Assembly: GCA_025061095.1 (NCBI GenBank)
Contig: JANZKB010000001.1
Location: 67,078 to 112,765 of the forward strand
Source: Candidatus Culexmicrobium thermophilum
GTDB lineage: Archaea; Thermoproteota; Methanomethylicia; Culexarchaeales; B10-G16
Direction of reading: 5' to 3'
Length of the DNA: 45,688 nt
In this document: positions 28,450 through 41,356 of the stretch, piece by piece
Layout of the letters: the number at the start of each line of letters is the position of its first letter
Position numbering within the stretch: the first letter of the stretch is position 1
Made by a program: the position numbers and the translations under genes
The notes under the pieces: model-generated
The model's input: only the letters and a program-made list of their open reading frames with translations
Database searches by the model: none
Told to the model about the DNA's origin: nothing

Positions 28450-29226
28450 CTGTTAAGAGAAATTTGCTTCATAGATGTTCATTGCCATATTGAAGATGAA
28501 TTATTCAATGAGGATAGAGATTCTGTTTTGAAGCGGGCTAAAGATTCCAATGTTTGTGCTGTAATCTCTTCAGCCTTATCCTTTGATGATGCTTCCTTTT
28601 TGCTTAACTTCTCTAATAAGTATCCAAGATTTGTCTTTGTTTCTTTAGGCTGGGATCCAGCTGATCTGAGCATTATAAAACTATTTGATGAGTATTGTAA
28701 TTTTGTAAAAGAACATAAAAATGAAATAGTTGGTTTAGGAGAAGTCGGCTTAGACTTCTACTATATACGGGAGAATGTTCTCCGCGAGACTCAAATAAAG
28801 CTTTTCAGAAGATGGATCCAATTTTCTAAGGATCTTAATCTTCCACTTATTGTTCATTCGAGAAGCGCTGGAAAATATGCCGTCAAAATTCTCATGGAAG
28901 AAGATGCTGAAAGAGTTGTCTTACATGCTTATGATGGACGTCCAGGCTGGGCTTTAAAGGGAGTTGAACATGGCTATTTCTTCTCAATTCCAACTTCAGT
29001 GTGGCATTCAATTCAAAAGCAAAAATTGGTGAGATTAATCCCCTTAGATAACATGCTCTTGGAAACCGATTCGCCGGTTCTTTCTCCATTTAAAGGTAGG
29101 CGTAACGAGCCTGCAAACATTATTTATGCTGCCAGAAAGATAGCTGAAATCAAGAAGATCACTGTTGAAAAAGTAGCTGAAATTACCACGAAAAACGCTC
29201 TTTCTCTTTTCAATTTGTCACTTTAG
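28450..29226 (+). CDS. tatD: TatD-family nuclease, probable CTG start
   Basis: In-frame IDVHCH motif upstream of the track start, GEVGLDF, VHSRSA, LHAY, LLETDSP, RNEPANI; GGGAGGG SD 8 nt before CTG. Confidence 0.9.
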   Translation: MLREICFIDVHCHIEDELFNEDRDSVLKRAKDSNVCAVISSALSFDDASFLLNFSNKYPRFVFVSLGWDPADLSIIKLFDEYCNFVKEHKNEIVGLGEVGLDFYYIRENVLRETQIKLFRRWIQFSKDLNLPLIVHSRSAGKYAVKILMEEDAERVVLHAYDGRPGWALKGVEHGYFFSIPTSVWHSIQKQKLVRLIPLDNMLLETDSPVLSPFKGRRNEPANIIYAARKIAEIKKITVEKVAEITTKNALSLFNLSL

Positions 29227-29242
29227 CTCCTCTTCAATTGTT

Positions 29243-29563
29243 TCATTGTCTGATCAGTATACTTACTATTTGGGCTGTGTTGTATGCTGAAGCTATCCAT
29301 GGTATAGATATTATAATATACGTTAAAATTTCATAATTTCTCGTAAATATATGTGCTGTGATGAAGGCAAAGAAGCAGGTTAATGCTGTTTCTATGGGCG
29401 GCCAAAAGATTAATGCTCTTTCACCATATCTCTCCAATAATCTCCTTAGAATTGGATTTTGTTCTTCGCCAATGGATATCCTCAAAAGTATGTATGTCGT
29501 AAAGGCATCTACAATGGAGCCTAAAAATATGCATATGATTATTTTTTCATTCACGTTTGTCAC
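29243..29563 (-). CDS. Small membrane protein (DUF5658-like)
   Basis: D..TTY..L...G.E.NP pattern plus 3 hydrophobic helices. Confidence 0.6.
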   Translation of the reverse strand: MTNVNEKIIICIFLGSIVDAFTTYILLRISIGEEQNPILRRLLERYGERALIFWPPIETALTCFFAFITAHIFTRNYEILTYIIISIPWIASAYNTAQIVSILIRQ

Positions 29564-29573
29564 CTGAAAATTC

Positions 29574-29607
29574 TTAAAGGGAATTTACTGGGGATTATTC
29601 CCTTTAA
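29574..29607. repeat. 11-bp inverted repeat (putative operator or hairpin) upstream of the DUF5658-like gene
   Basis: TTAAAGGGAAT-N12-ATTCCCTTTAA. Confidence 0.7.
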
Positions 29608-29809
29608 TGTTTACCTTTCTTCTTCAAAATATAATTTTTACTTACATATCTATCTGAGACTTTATTATGATTACTTTTGCAATATATTCACAGTATTTGC
29701 GGAAAATATTTTCAAACCATTATCGATTTATGAAGATTCTCTCAACTAACTTTTTCCTTCTTTTATGACAAAAATAAAAGTGATGAAAATCAAGCGTTAG
29801 CATATCTCA

Positions 29810-30634
29810 TTAGACTGGTATGTGCATCCATGAAAATACTCCGATCATTTTTAAAGCCATATAGATCATCACTGCTATGAATAGGTATTTTAGCTTCTTT
29901 GCTGGAAGTCTATGGGCAACTCTAACTCCAATCTGTGCCATGGGTACACTTGTACCGGCCAGAAGAATCCATTGTAGAAGATTGACATATCCAATGGAGT
30001 ACTGGGGTAACCCGCTCACTCCCAAACCTTCAATCATGTAAGAGACTGCCCCTCCAATTGATGTGAAAATCATCATAGCTGTCGATGTACCAACAGCTGA
30101 ATGCATCTTAAATTTTAGAAGCGTAGTCATAACTGGAATCATTAAAACTCCTCCCCCAATACCGATTAAACCACATGCAAATCCCAATGGCACACCCCAG
30201 AAAATATATGTGGACACTTTCTCTGACGGTTTCTCCTCAATCTTCATCGGTTTCGCTGTCAACATTCTCATAGCTCCTCCAAGAATAGCTAAGCCAAAGA
30301 TCATGGTTAACCATTTTCCTGGAAGGTGAGATGCTATAAATGCTCCTAGAGCTGAGGCTAATGCTCCCGTAACACCCAATACTATTCCAGCTTTCCAGAT
30401 GACTGCCCCTTTCTTATGGTGGCCGAGAGCACCGCTAATGGCTGTTGGTAAAACCACTAGGAGATTTGTTCCGAAGGCTGTTCTTATTGCAATACTTGGA
30501 TCTATACCTGATGCTGTTAGAATCCAATATTGAACAGGAACCATTATGAAGCATCCGCCTACACCTAGTAATCCAGATGCGAAACCTACACCTATTCCAG
30601 TTATTAACAGTACATATATGAATAAGTGATTCAT
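29810..30634 (-). CDS. TSUP (TauE/SafE sulfite exporter) family membrane protein
   Basis: G..SGLLGVGG...VP, A.GT.L, G...GLIGIGGG..MIP, AVGTS. Confidence 0.92.
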   Translation of the reverse strand: MNHLFIYVLLITGIGVGFASGLLGVGGCFIMVPVQYWILTASGIDPSIAIRTAFGTNLLVVLPTAISGALGHHKKGAVIWKAGIVLGVTGALASALGAFIASHLPGKWLTMIFGLAILGGAMRMLTAKPMKIEEKPSEKVSTYIFWGVPLGFACGLIGIGGGVLMIPVMTTLLKFKMHSAVGTSTAMMIFTSIGGAVSYMIEGLGVSGLPQYSIGYVNLLQWILLAGTSVPMAQIGVRVAHRLPAKKLKYLFIAVMIYMALKMIGVFSWMHIPV

Positions 30635-31187
30635 GGGCTTCCTCTCCGCTTAATATGATCTGCGGTGACTTTAAATATTAACCTAAAAATAAATTTTTTG
30701 ATTAGAAAATAAACAAAGATCAGAAAATATACTGGTAAAGATCTATGGGTGCAAATCTTAATGAAAGAGAAAGAACTAGCAAATTATCCTAAACCAGAGA
30801 ACATACTTTTCAATGAGAAGTTCACTCTTCAATTCCCCCGTAACGTCTGATATGCTATTTGTACTGCCAACACTTCTAATAGCGGCCTAAAAGATGCATT
30901 TCTCACAAATACACTTTGAAGCATAGCTTGCATAGCTATTCAAATTGACAGTATAATTATTTTCACATCGACATAAATCTTCCTAACATAGATGTGAAAG
31001 AATAGCAAGTAAAATAAGGCAACCATAAAATGTAGTCAAAACAATTATAAAAGTGAACTTGAAGTGTTGCGCCATACAGCTTTAATAATAAATTAACATT
31101 CACAGTGAGACTTAACGGTTAATAGGAAATCTAAACTCGTTATAGTTTAATATTCTCAGCATATACTTAATTGATGGTGCTCCTATA

Positions 31188-32144
31188 ATGGTTTTGGCCA
31201 GAATTATTGGAACTAGAAATGCCGGAGAGATGCTCCATATTGGAGCTGAAATTTTAAGGAATGGTGGTTCAGCCATAGATGCAGTAGAAGCCACAGTTAA
31301 TGCTGTTGAAAATAATCCTCTAGATCAAACTGTTGGTTATGGAGGTATACCAAACCTCCTAGGTGAAGTGGAATTGGATGCATCAATCATGGATGGAAGA
31401 ACATTGAAGGCCGGTGCAGTGGCTGGAATAAAACACTTTAAAAACCCAATATCCATAGCTAGAAAGGTTATGGAAAATACGCCACACGTCCTATTAATCG
31501 GTGACGGTGCAGAACTCTTCGCAGAAGTCATGGGATTTGAGAAATGCGAATTACTAAGTGAACGTGCACGCATAATATACGATGCATTTCTAAGAGATAC
31601 AATCCAAGAATTAGATGAAAGCTTTGATAGATATAAGAAATACCTAGCACAATACATTAAGAACTTTAAATTAAGAGAATGGTATGAAAAACTAGCTGTA
31701 AAGCAGCATGGAACAGTAAATGTAATTGCAATTGACATGCAAGGCAACATATGCGTAGGAGTTTCAACAAGCGGAATAGCACTGAAACTACCAGGAAGAG
31801 TAGGAGACTCAGCTATAATTGGAGCTGGCAACTATGCAGACAATAGATATGGAGGAGCGGCATGCACTGGTAGAGGAGAATTAACCATTAGACTTTCAAC
31901 GGCAAAAAGCATAGTCAACTACATGAAAAACGGGCTAAGCGTAAAAGAAGCATGCATACAAGCCATAAAAGACATAAACTCATTAGGAGAGAAGGGTGGG
32001 GTAAATTGCATAGCTATAGACAGCAAAGGAAACCCATGGGCCGCCTCAAATAGAAGAATACCAATCTACTATTACATGGACATAGAAATGGAGAAACCGA
32101 AAGAACTTAAAGGAACACTAATACAACCCACAATAACATCATAA
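31188..32144 (+). CDS. Ntn-hydrolase type 2 asparaginase / isoaspartyl peptidase / glycosylasparaginase family
   Basis: VGYGG.PN..GEVELDASIMDG, PISIARKVME.TPH, HG/TV autocleavage Thr, STSG...KLPGRVGDS.IIGAG.YAD, TGRGE. Confidence 0.92.
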   Translation: MVLARIIGTRNAGEMLHIGAEILRNGGSAIDAVEATVNAVENNPLDQTVGYGGIPNLLGEVELDASIMDGRTLKAGAVAGIKHFKNPISIARKVMENTPHVLLIGDGAELFAEVMGFEKCELLSERARIIYDAFLRDTIQELDESFDRYKKYLAQYIKNFKLREWYEKLAVKQHGTVNVIAIDMQGNICVGVSTSGIALKLPGRVGDSAIIGAGNYADNRYGGAACTGRGELTIRLSTAKSIVNYMKNGLSVKEACIQAIKDINSLGEKGGVNCIAIDSKGNPWAASNRRIPIYYYMDIEMEKPKELKGTLIQPTITS

Positions 32145-32209
32145 CCAATTTATTTAACAACATAAATTTAATTTAAATTATATTCACACAATCACTAGAA
32201 TGAGGTTGT

Positions 32210-32508
32210 ATGGTAAATATAACAGCCATCCTCCTAATAGGAACACTATCAATGTTCTTTGCAGAAATACTGTCAGGAGCATCACACCTATGGTTCTTCG
32301 ATCCATAGGGGCTAATAATAACCATGTCCCTTATATCTATTCCACCGAGACAAGTATTACACGTTGGAAATGATTTTGAGGCAGACTATCTAGGAGCAAA
32401 TCAGCTGGAATGAAAAGCATTCTGACCAATAGAGAAAACAAATATGAAAACAATCGGTGCACAAGAATAATGAAACTTACCGAACTAATAAATCTATTAA
32501 GAAGCTAA
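32210..32508 (+). pseudogene. Chimeric remnant: membrane-protein N-terminus fused to a HAD-hydrolase C-terminus
   Basis: MVNITAILLIGTLSMFFAEILSGASHLWFFDP*GLII (TAG at 32306), then HVGND...DYLGA, a frameshift, then SAGMKSIL.NR (HAD motif IV region). Confidence 0.7.
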
Positions 32509-32652
32509 ATTAGCGGCTAAGTCAAATGAAAGATCTCCTTTAATAAGGACGATGAATTTAGGTTCAGGACTTATCTCAGGTTCTTCAGCATAAGCTTGAA
32601 TTATAGATGCGTTTTTCAACAATATTAGCCTCGATACAACAATTTCAGAAAA
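32497..32652 (-). pseudogene. C-terminal fragment resembling an ACT-domain amino-acid-metabolism regulator (COG2150-like)
   Basis: SIIQAYAEEPEISPEPKFIVLIKGDLSFDL resembles the family's SI.Q...EDPE...EPKL.I.....I..DL; the N-terminal part of the family is absent. Confidence 0.45.
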
Positions 32653-32730
32653 CTCGTTAAACCCGCTTTAAACGGGTTATAAAACGGGGGCATTCTCCAA
32701 GCTTTTTCGGCGAATAAGGCCTGGAAAAGA

Positions 32731-32808
32731 TGGTAGCGGGGGGTGGATTTGAACCACCGACCTCGGGGTTATGAGCCCCGCGGCATACCCTGGCTAGCCC
32801 ACCCCGCT
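32731..32808 (-). tRNA. Initiator tRNA-Met(CAU), CCA encoded
   Basis: AGCGGGG/CCCCGCT acceptor stem (A1-U72), CGGGG-CT-CAT-AA-CCCCG with consecutive G-C pairs, GGTTCAAATCC, ACCA end. Confidence 0.96.
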
Positions 32809-32864
32809 TTTACTTTTATTTTGTATAATGTTCTTTTAGGCAATAAGTTTTACTCTTAAATGCT

Positions 32865-34196
32865 TTAATTTATTTTTTCGCTCCAATACCATTTTTCGAT
32901 GAGTTTCCCCACCATATATTTTTTTTCTCTTCCGTATCTACACATCGGTTTTGTTAGATGTCTATGTGCTTTTGGAGGTGGAATGAACAGTCCTTCGGAG
33001 ATTTTCCTTGGAACCATCACTTTTATTTTTGTCATATTTGCTTTTTTCTTACATTTTGGACATTTGAATCCTTTATTTTTTCCATTGGATTTCATTGTTG
33101 CTCCACAGATGGGGCATTTCGGATTTTTCTCTACAATTTTTAATGCTGGTTTTATCATCGCTATTTTCTCAACGTTTATTGTTAATCCCCTTTTTTCTTT
33201 AGGTTTCACTCCTCCATAGATTTCTACAAGATCTCCTTTAATCATTTTTTTCGCGATCTCTGTAAGTATTTCTGTGGGTTTGTAAACTGCGCAGTCGATA
33301 ATGTTTTCTCCATCCGTTATTTTTATTATTACATGTCCTCCTTTAATAGTTCTAGGTTGTTCCTCAATGTATCCTCTAATTATTATGGAGTCGTAGGGTT
33401 TAATCTCCCTTATCCGTTTTATTCTTCTGAAGTGCATATCTGTTCCTTGATTTGTTCTGTAAATCATCCATCTCTCTATTGGTTCTTCTAGCTTGATAAG
33501 CTCTAACGCCTTTAAAAGGATTTTCGGATCTTCCCCTCTTACACCGAAGAGTACGGGGTCTGCTCCTCTAGGATATATTAGTACTCTCCCACTTTCATAA
33601 TCAATATTGTTAAATGTTGCTGGTTGGGTGTACTTATCCATTTCGTAGACGCTGTTCTCATCTATTCTTCTCAATGTTCCCCAGTTTTCCGGTTTTCTAT
33701 ACGCTATCAACTCGAATGTATAATCCTTCTTCAATGTTGCCCCTATCGCGCTTACCGCCCCTATAATTCCTCTTCCCCCTTTTATTTTCACCAGTTTAAT
33801 TCTATTTCTTTTAGCTATCCTCTCAGCTTCTTCTATAGTTATAAGCCTCCTCATGGCTTTCACTGCAAATCTTTCAAGTTCTCTGCTCACATCTCCCATG
33901 AGAAATGCTATTCCAGGCTGAGTTTTCTCACATTCTAGGTCAGCATTCTCAGCAACCGTATCTATAATAATCCTTTCTATCTCGTCTATTTTCTCCTCCT
34001 CTATGTTGATCCTCAATGCTATAGCTCCATTTCCTCTAGTCTTCCATGGTATGTTTGGGTTTAACCTGATCAAATTTGGATAATCGTTAAACTCTACATT
34101 TTCCATTAACAGCTTTTCAACTATCAATGCACCTATATATGTGGTGCATCCCTGCCTTGTTGAATCCGTATCATCTACACCTATATGGAGTCTCAT
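32865..34196 (-). CDS. tiaS: tRNA(Ile2) 2-agmatinylcytidine synthetase
   Basis: IGVDDTDS..GCTTY, LIRLNPNIPWKTRGNGA, GRGIIGA, P.G.DPVLFG.RG, TNQGTD.H, GGHV, NP.CP.CG, RHLTKP. Confidence 0.96.
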   Translation of the reverse strand: MRLHIGVDDTDSTRQGCTTYIGALIVEKLLMENVEFNDYPNLIRLNPNIPWKTRGNGAIALRINIEEEKIDEIERIIIDTVAENADLECEKTQPGIAFLMGDVSRELERFAVKAMRRLITIEEAERIAKRNRIKLVKIKGGRGIIGAVSAIGATLKKDYTFELIAYRKPENWGTLRRIDENSVYEMDKYTQPATFNNIDYESGRVLIYPRGADPVLFGVRGEDPKILLKALELIKLEEPIERWMIYRTNQGTDMHFRRIKRIREIKPYDSIIIRGYIEEQPRTIKGGHVIIKITDGENIIDCAVYKPTEILTEIAKKMIKGDLVEIYGGVKPKEKRGLTINVEKIAMIKPALKIVEKNPKCPICGATMKSNGKNKGFKCPKCKKKANMTKIKVMVPRKISEGLFIPPPKAHRHLTKPMCRYGREKKYMVGKLIEKWYWSEKIN

Positions 34197-34238
34197 GTTT
34201 ATCCTACTTTCATCTAGACGATAAAAATTTAGATTAAT

Positions 34239-34499
34239 TTATGTTTTCTTTTTGCCCTCAACAACGATCATTGTAAGCGTCGATCTAACCTTTTCTAAGC
34301 GTCTGATCTTCCAAGTTATTATCTCCTTCAGCTTTTCAAGGCTTTCAGCTCTAACCTTCGCTATCACATCGTATACTCCATATACTATGTATGCTTCCTC
34401 CACACCCTCAAGCTTCATAATTTCTTTTATAACCTCCTCCTCCGATCCTATCTCTGCATTTATAAGTACAAATGCAAGCGTCAATTTTTCACTCTCCAT
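34239..34499 (-). CDS. Stand-alone Lrp/AsnC ligand-binding (RAM) domain protein
   Basis: AFVLIN.E.G.E..V...I..L.GV.EAY.VYG.YD.IAKV......L...I..KIR.L..VRSTLTMIV. Confidence 0.9.
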   Translation of the reverse strand: MESEKLTLAFVLINAEIGSEEEVIKEIMKLEGVEEAYIVYGVYDVIAKVRAESLEKLKEIITWKIRRLEKVRSTLTMIVVEGKKKT

Positions 34500-34563
34500 T
34501 AATTTTAACGTTACAAGCACTTTTAAGGATTAGGCTTCTAGAATAGTTTGGAGGAGATTTAAC

Positions 34564-35094
34564 CTGTCCACCCCTAAGCTATACGTCGTACATCTTCATC
34601 AATGTGACCCGAAAAAATGTACCTCAATTAAACTTAAAAAGTTCGGCTATGTAAAGTTCATTCATTCAGTAAAGTATATTCCACGTGGATCTATAATTTT
34701 AAATCCATATGCAAGGCAACTTTTAAGCATCGAAGATAAACCCCTAGTTGAAAGACATGGTTTAACAGCCATCGACTGTTCTTGGAAGAACTGCAATATA
34801 CTTGAAAGAATAAGCTTTAAACATCAAGGAAGAAGGCTTCCACTCCTCTTCGCAGCCAATCCCATAAACTATGCTGTTCCATTCAAATTGAGCACTCTTG
34901 AAGCCTTCTCGGCAGCCCTCATAATCCTAGGATACAATCAATTGGCCGAAGAGATACTATCCCTATTCAAATGGGGAACATCATTTTTAAAACTGAATGA
35001 AACTATACTGAAAGAATACTCCGCTGCGAAGAATAGATATGAACTCCTAACCATTGAACGACAATTCTACCACAAATTCTCCGAAAACATATAA
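34564..35094 (+). CDS. tsr3: 16S rRNA aminocarboxypropyltransferase Tsr3 (DUF367), probable CTG start
   Basis: Open frame from 34564: QCDPKKCTS.KL, LNPYA...LS.ED, IDCSW, RRLPLL.AANP.NY..P.KLSTLEA, FKWG..FL.LN; GGAGGAG SD before CTG. Confidence 0.93.
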   Translation: MSTPKLYVVHLHQCDPKKCTSIKLKKFGYVKFIHSVKYIPRGSIILNPYARQLLSIEDKPLVERHGLTAIDCSWKNCNILERISFKHQGRRLPLLFAANPINYAVPFKLSTLEAFSAALIILGYNQLAEEILSLFKWGTSFLKLNETILKEYSAAKNRYELLTIERQFYHKFSENI

Positions 35095-35096
35095 AT

Positions 35097-35444
35097 GGGG
35101 CATGTGGGCGTAGCTCACCTTCTGTTTCTGCGGGATTCAGCTAAGCGGCCTACCCGGCCTCATGCGGTCCTCATAGGCCATACTTGGCCTTACCCCCATA
35201 GGCTGGCCGTTGCATCCATTCTCCCAGCCTCGTCGACGGGTTATCTCGATGCCCATTGCTGGGCATCTTCTCGGCCTAGAAGCCTCAGCCGCCTCCTCCT
35301 CATCCAGCTGGGAGAGGTCTCGTTTCTATGCCAGAGCCAGGGCTCTCGCCCTGCCCCTCACGGGGCTATGGCTCCGCATGGGGGTGAGCTTCCTCAGGCA
35401 TCCCGTTTCCGAAGATGCCCGAAGCCCGCTCGCCCACTTGCCCC
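35097..35444 (-). ncRNA. rnpB: RNase P RNA (archaeal type A)
   Basis: P1 GGGGCA.GTGGGCG/CGCCCAC.TGCCCC; P4 GAGGAAGCTCACC with ACAGAAGGTGAGCTA; P6 CATGCGG/CCGCATG; P8 and P9 hairpins; AGAAACG and TGCAACGG conserved regions. Confidence 0.93.
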
Positions 35445-35466
35445 AAATAATCCTCCTAAAAGTTTC

Positions 35467-35482
35467 AATAAAAATTTTCTTA
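35467..35482 (-). promoter_or_regulatory. Putative BRE/TATA for rnpB
   Basis: AAGAAAA-TTTTTATT about 25 nt upstream of the RNase P RNA 5' end. Confidence 0.5.
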
Positions 35483-35486
35483 AACT

Positions 35487-35523
35487 GCCATGCACAGGCC
35501 ATGAATTTTCGCCTGGATGTGGT
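35487..35523 (-). other. 3' arm of the 23S rRNA processing stem with BHB
   Basis: Pairs with 38609-38645; central helix TCGC/GCGA, bulges TCA and AAA. Confidence 0.9.
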
Positions 35524-35526
35524 TGT

Positions 35527-38606
<3,080 letters not shown>

Positions 38607-38608
38607 TT

Positions 38609-38645
38609 ACCACACCCAGTGAGCGATTCACGGCCTGTGCATGGC
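38609..38645 (-). other. 5' arm of the 23S rRNA processing stem with BHB
   Basis: GCCATGCACAGGCCGTGAA-TCGC-TCA-CTGGGTGTGGT complementary to 35487-35523. Confidence 0.9.
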
Positions 38646-38712
38646 GATCATAAGAGTAAAACACTCTTCTCGCCCTTTATCTGGAGGCTAAGCCTCCAGA
38701 CTGCATCTCACG

Positions 38713-38754
38713 AAGCCTGAAGGAAGCCCAAATCCTTTCCGTGGCTCCCCGCAG
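38713..38754 (-). other. 3' arm of the 16S rRNA processing stem with BHB
   Basis: Pairs with 40295-40337; central helix CGTG/CACG, bulges AGT and GAA. Confidence 0.9.
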
Positions 38755-38768
38755 CAATTGATATTTTA

Positions 38769-40270
<1,502 letters not shown>

Positions 40271-40294
40271 TCGTACGGCCGCTGGCCATACGAT

Positions 40295-40337
40295 CTGCGG
40301 GGTTGCACTCACGAGGATTTGGGCTTCCTTCAGACTT
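40295..40337 (-). other. 5' arm of the 16S rRNA processing stem
   Basis: AAGTCTGAAGGAAGCCCAAATCCT-CGTG-AGT-GC..CCCCGCAG complementary to 38713-38754. Confidence 0.9.
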
Positions 40338-40571
40338 AAACGTGCCGGTTTTCACCGGCTTGTTTAAGTCTACATTTATTTTCCCACAGTTGGAGGCCGA
40401 CTTTTCATCCTCGGAGCTATGCTCCGTGTCTAGTCGACGCCGCCTTTACGACTGTGGGTTCATTAAATCTTAGTTACACGCGTAAATATATTTGTTGCTC
40501 TCGCCATATTTTATTGTTTATTGTAATTTCTAAATTGGTTTGCTCTCTGTTATTTCATTTTTCTGTTAACT

Positions 40572-41276
40572 TCAATGGACTATAATAGTTGTTCCTACAT
40601 CTTCCCCTTCAATCGCCCTTATTATGTTACGTTCATCGAATCCGTTCAACACTTTCACAGGTATTTTTGCCCGTTCTATTATTCTTAATGCATGTGGATC
40701 TATCAGCCTATATGTTCCAGCTTTGAATTCTCCTTCTCCCAGTATTCTTCTGAGATCTTTAACTGTGACTTTTCTCAACATCTTTGCATCTGGATTTTTC
40801 TTTGGATCTTTATCGTATATTCCATCTACATCTGTAGCGTTTATAATTAAATTTGCTCTTAAAGCTTCGGCAACCATTGCCGCAACTGTCATGGTTGATT
40901 GCCCTGGAACAAGTCCACCGCAGATCACTACTTTATCCTTATTCTCAGCAGCCTCCATTATTTCATCGATGTTTCTAGGTATAGGTTTATATGCTATTTC
41001 GCCTAATGCTGTTGCAAAGAGGAAAGCATTTCCATGCGTTATGAGAATTCCTAAATAGTCTTTTTCAAATTCGCTGGCTTTCATATGGTCTGCTGCTTCA
41101 ATATATTTTCTTGCATAGCTGCCTCCTCCAACCACTATTACCATTCTTTCTCCTCTTCTATGCAGCTCCCTTATAATTTCGCTATATCTACTTATTAAAT
41201 CCACATTTATCTTATTAGAGAAGAATATGTGTCCACCGAGCTTTATCACAAGCCTCCTCATATCTATCACTTTCAT
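40572..41276 (-). CDS. pyrH: UMP kinase (archaeal)
   Basis: VIKLGG, VVGGG..AR.YI, GGLVPGQST..VAA, ATDVDGIYDKDP, AGTY.LID, GT.I. Confidence 0.93.
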   Translation of the reverse strand: MKVIDMRRLVIKLGGHIFFSNKINVDLISRYSEIIRELHRRGERMVIVVGGGSYARKYIEAADHMKASEFEKDYLGILITHGNAFLFATALGEIAYKPIPRNIDEIMEAAENKDKVVICGGLVPGQSTMTVAAMVAEALRANLIINATDVDGIYDKDPKKNPDAKMLRKVTVKDLRRILGEGEFKAGTYRLIDPHALRIIERAKIPVKVLNGFDERNIIRAIEGEDVGTTIIVH

Positions 41277-41356
41277 GATTGAAAATAATATTTATAAAGA
41301 TTTACCATATTATTCTGTTAGCTTCTCTTCTCATAATTGTTCATCGGTGAAATAGG

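Noticed and set aside
30870-30960. Possible degraded ferredoxin-like fragment on the minus strand (YTVNLNSYASYASKCICEKCIF*AAI)
   Set aside because: Too short and degenerate to support without a search
32306-32308. In-frame TAG as pyrrolysine or stop-codon reassignment, together with the aRF1 NIKD variant
   Set aside because: The same remnant has a frameshift and is chimeric, and TGG>TAG decay explains it; TAG terminates several intact genes here (ends at 1218, 5219, 12192, 29226, 42607)
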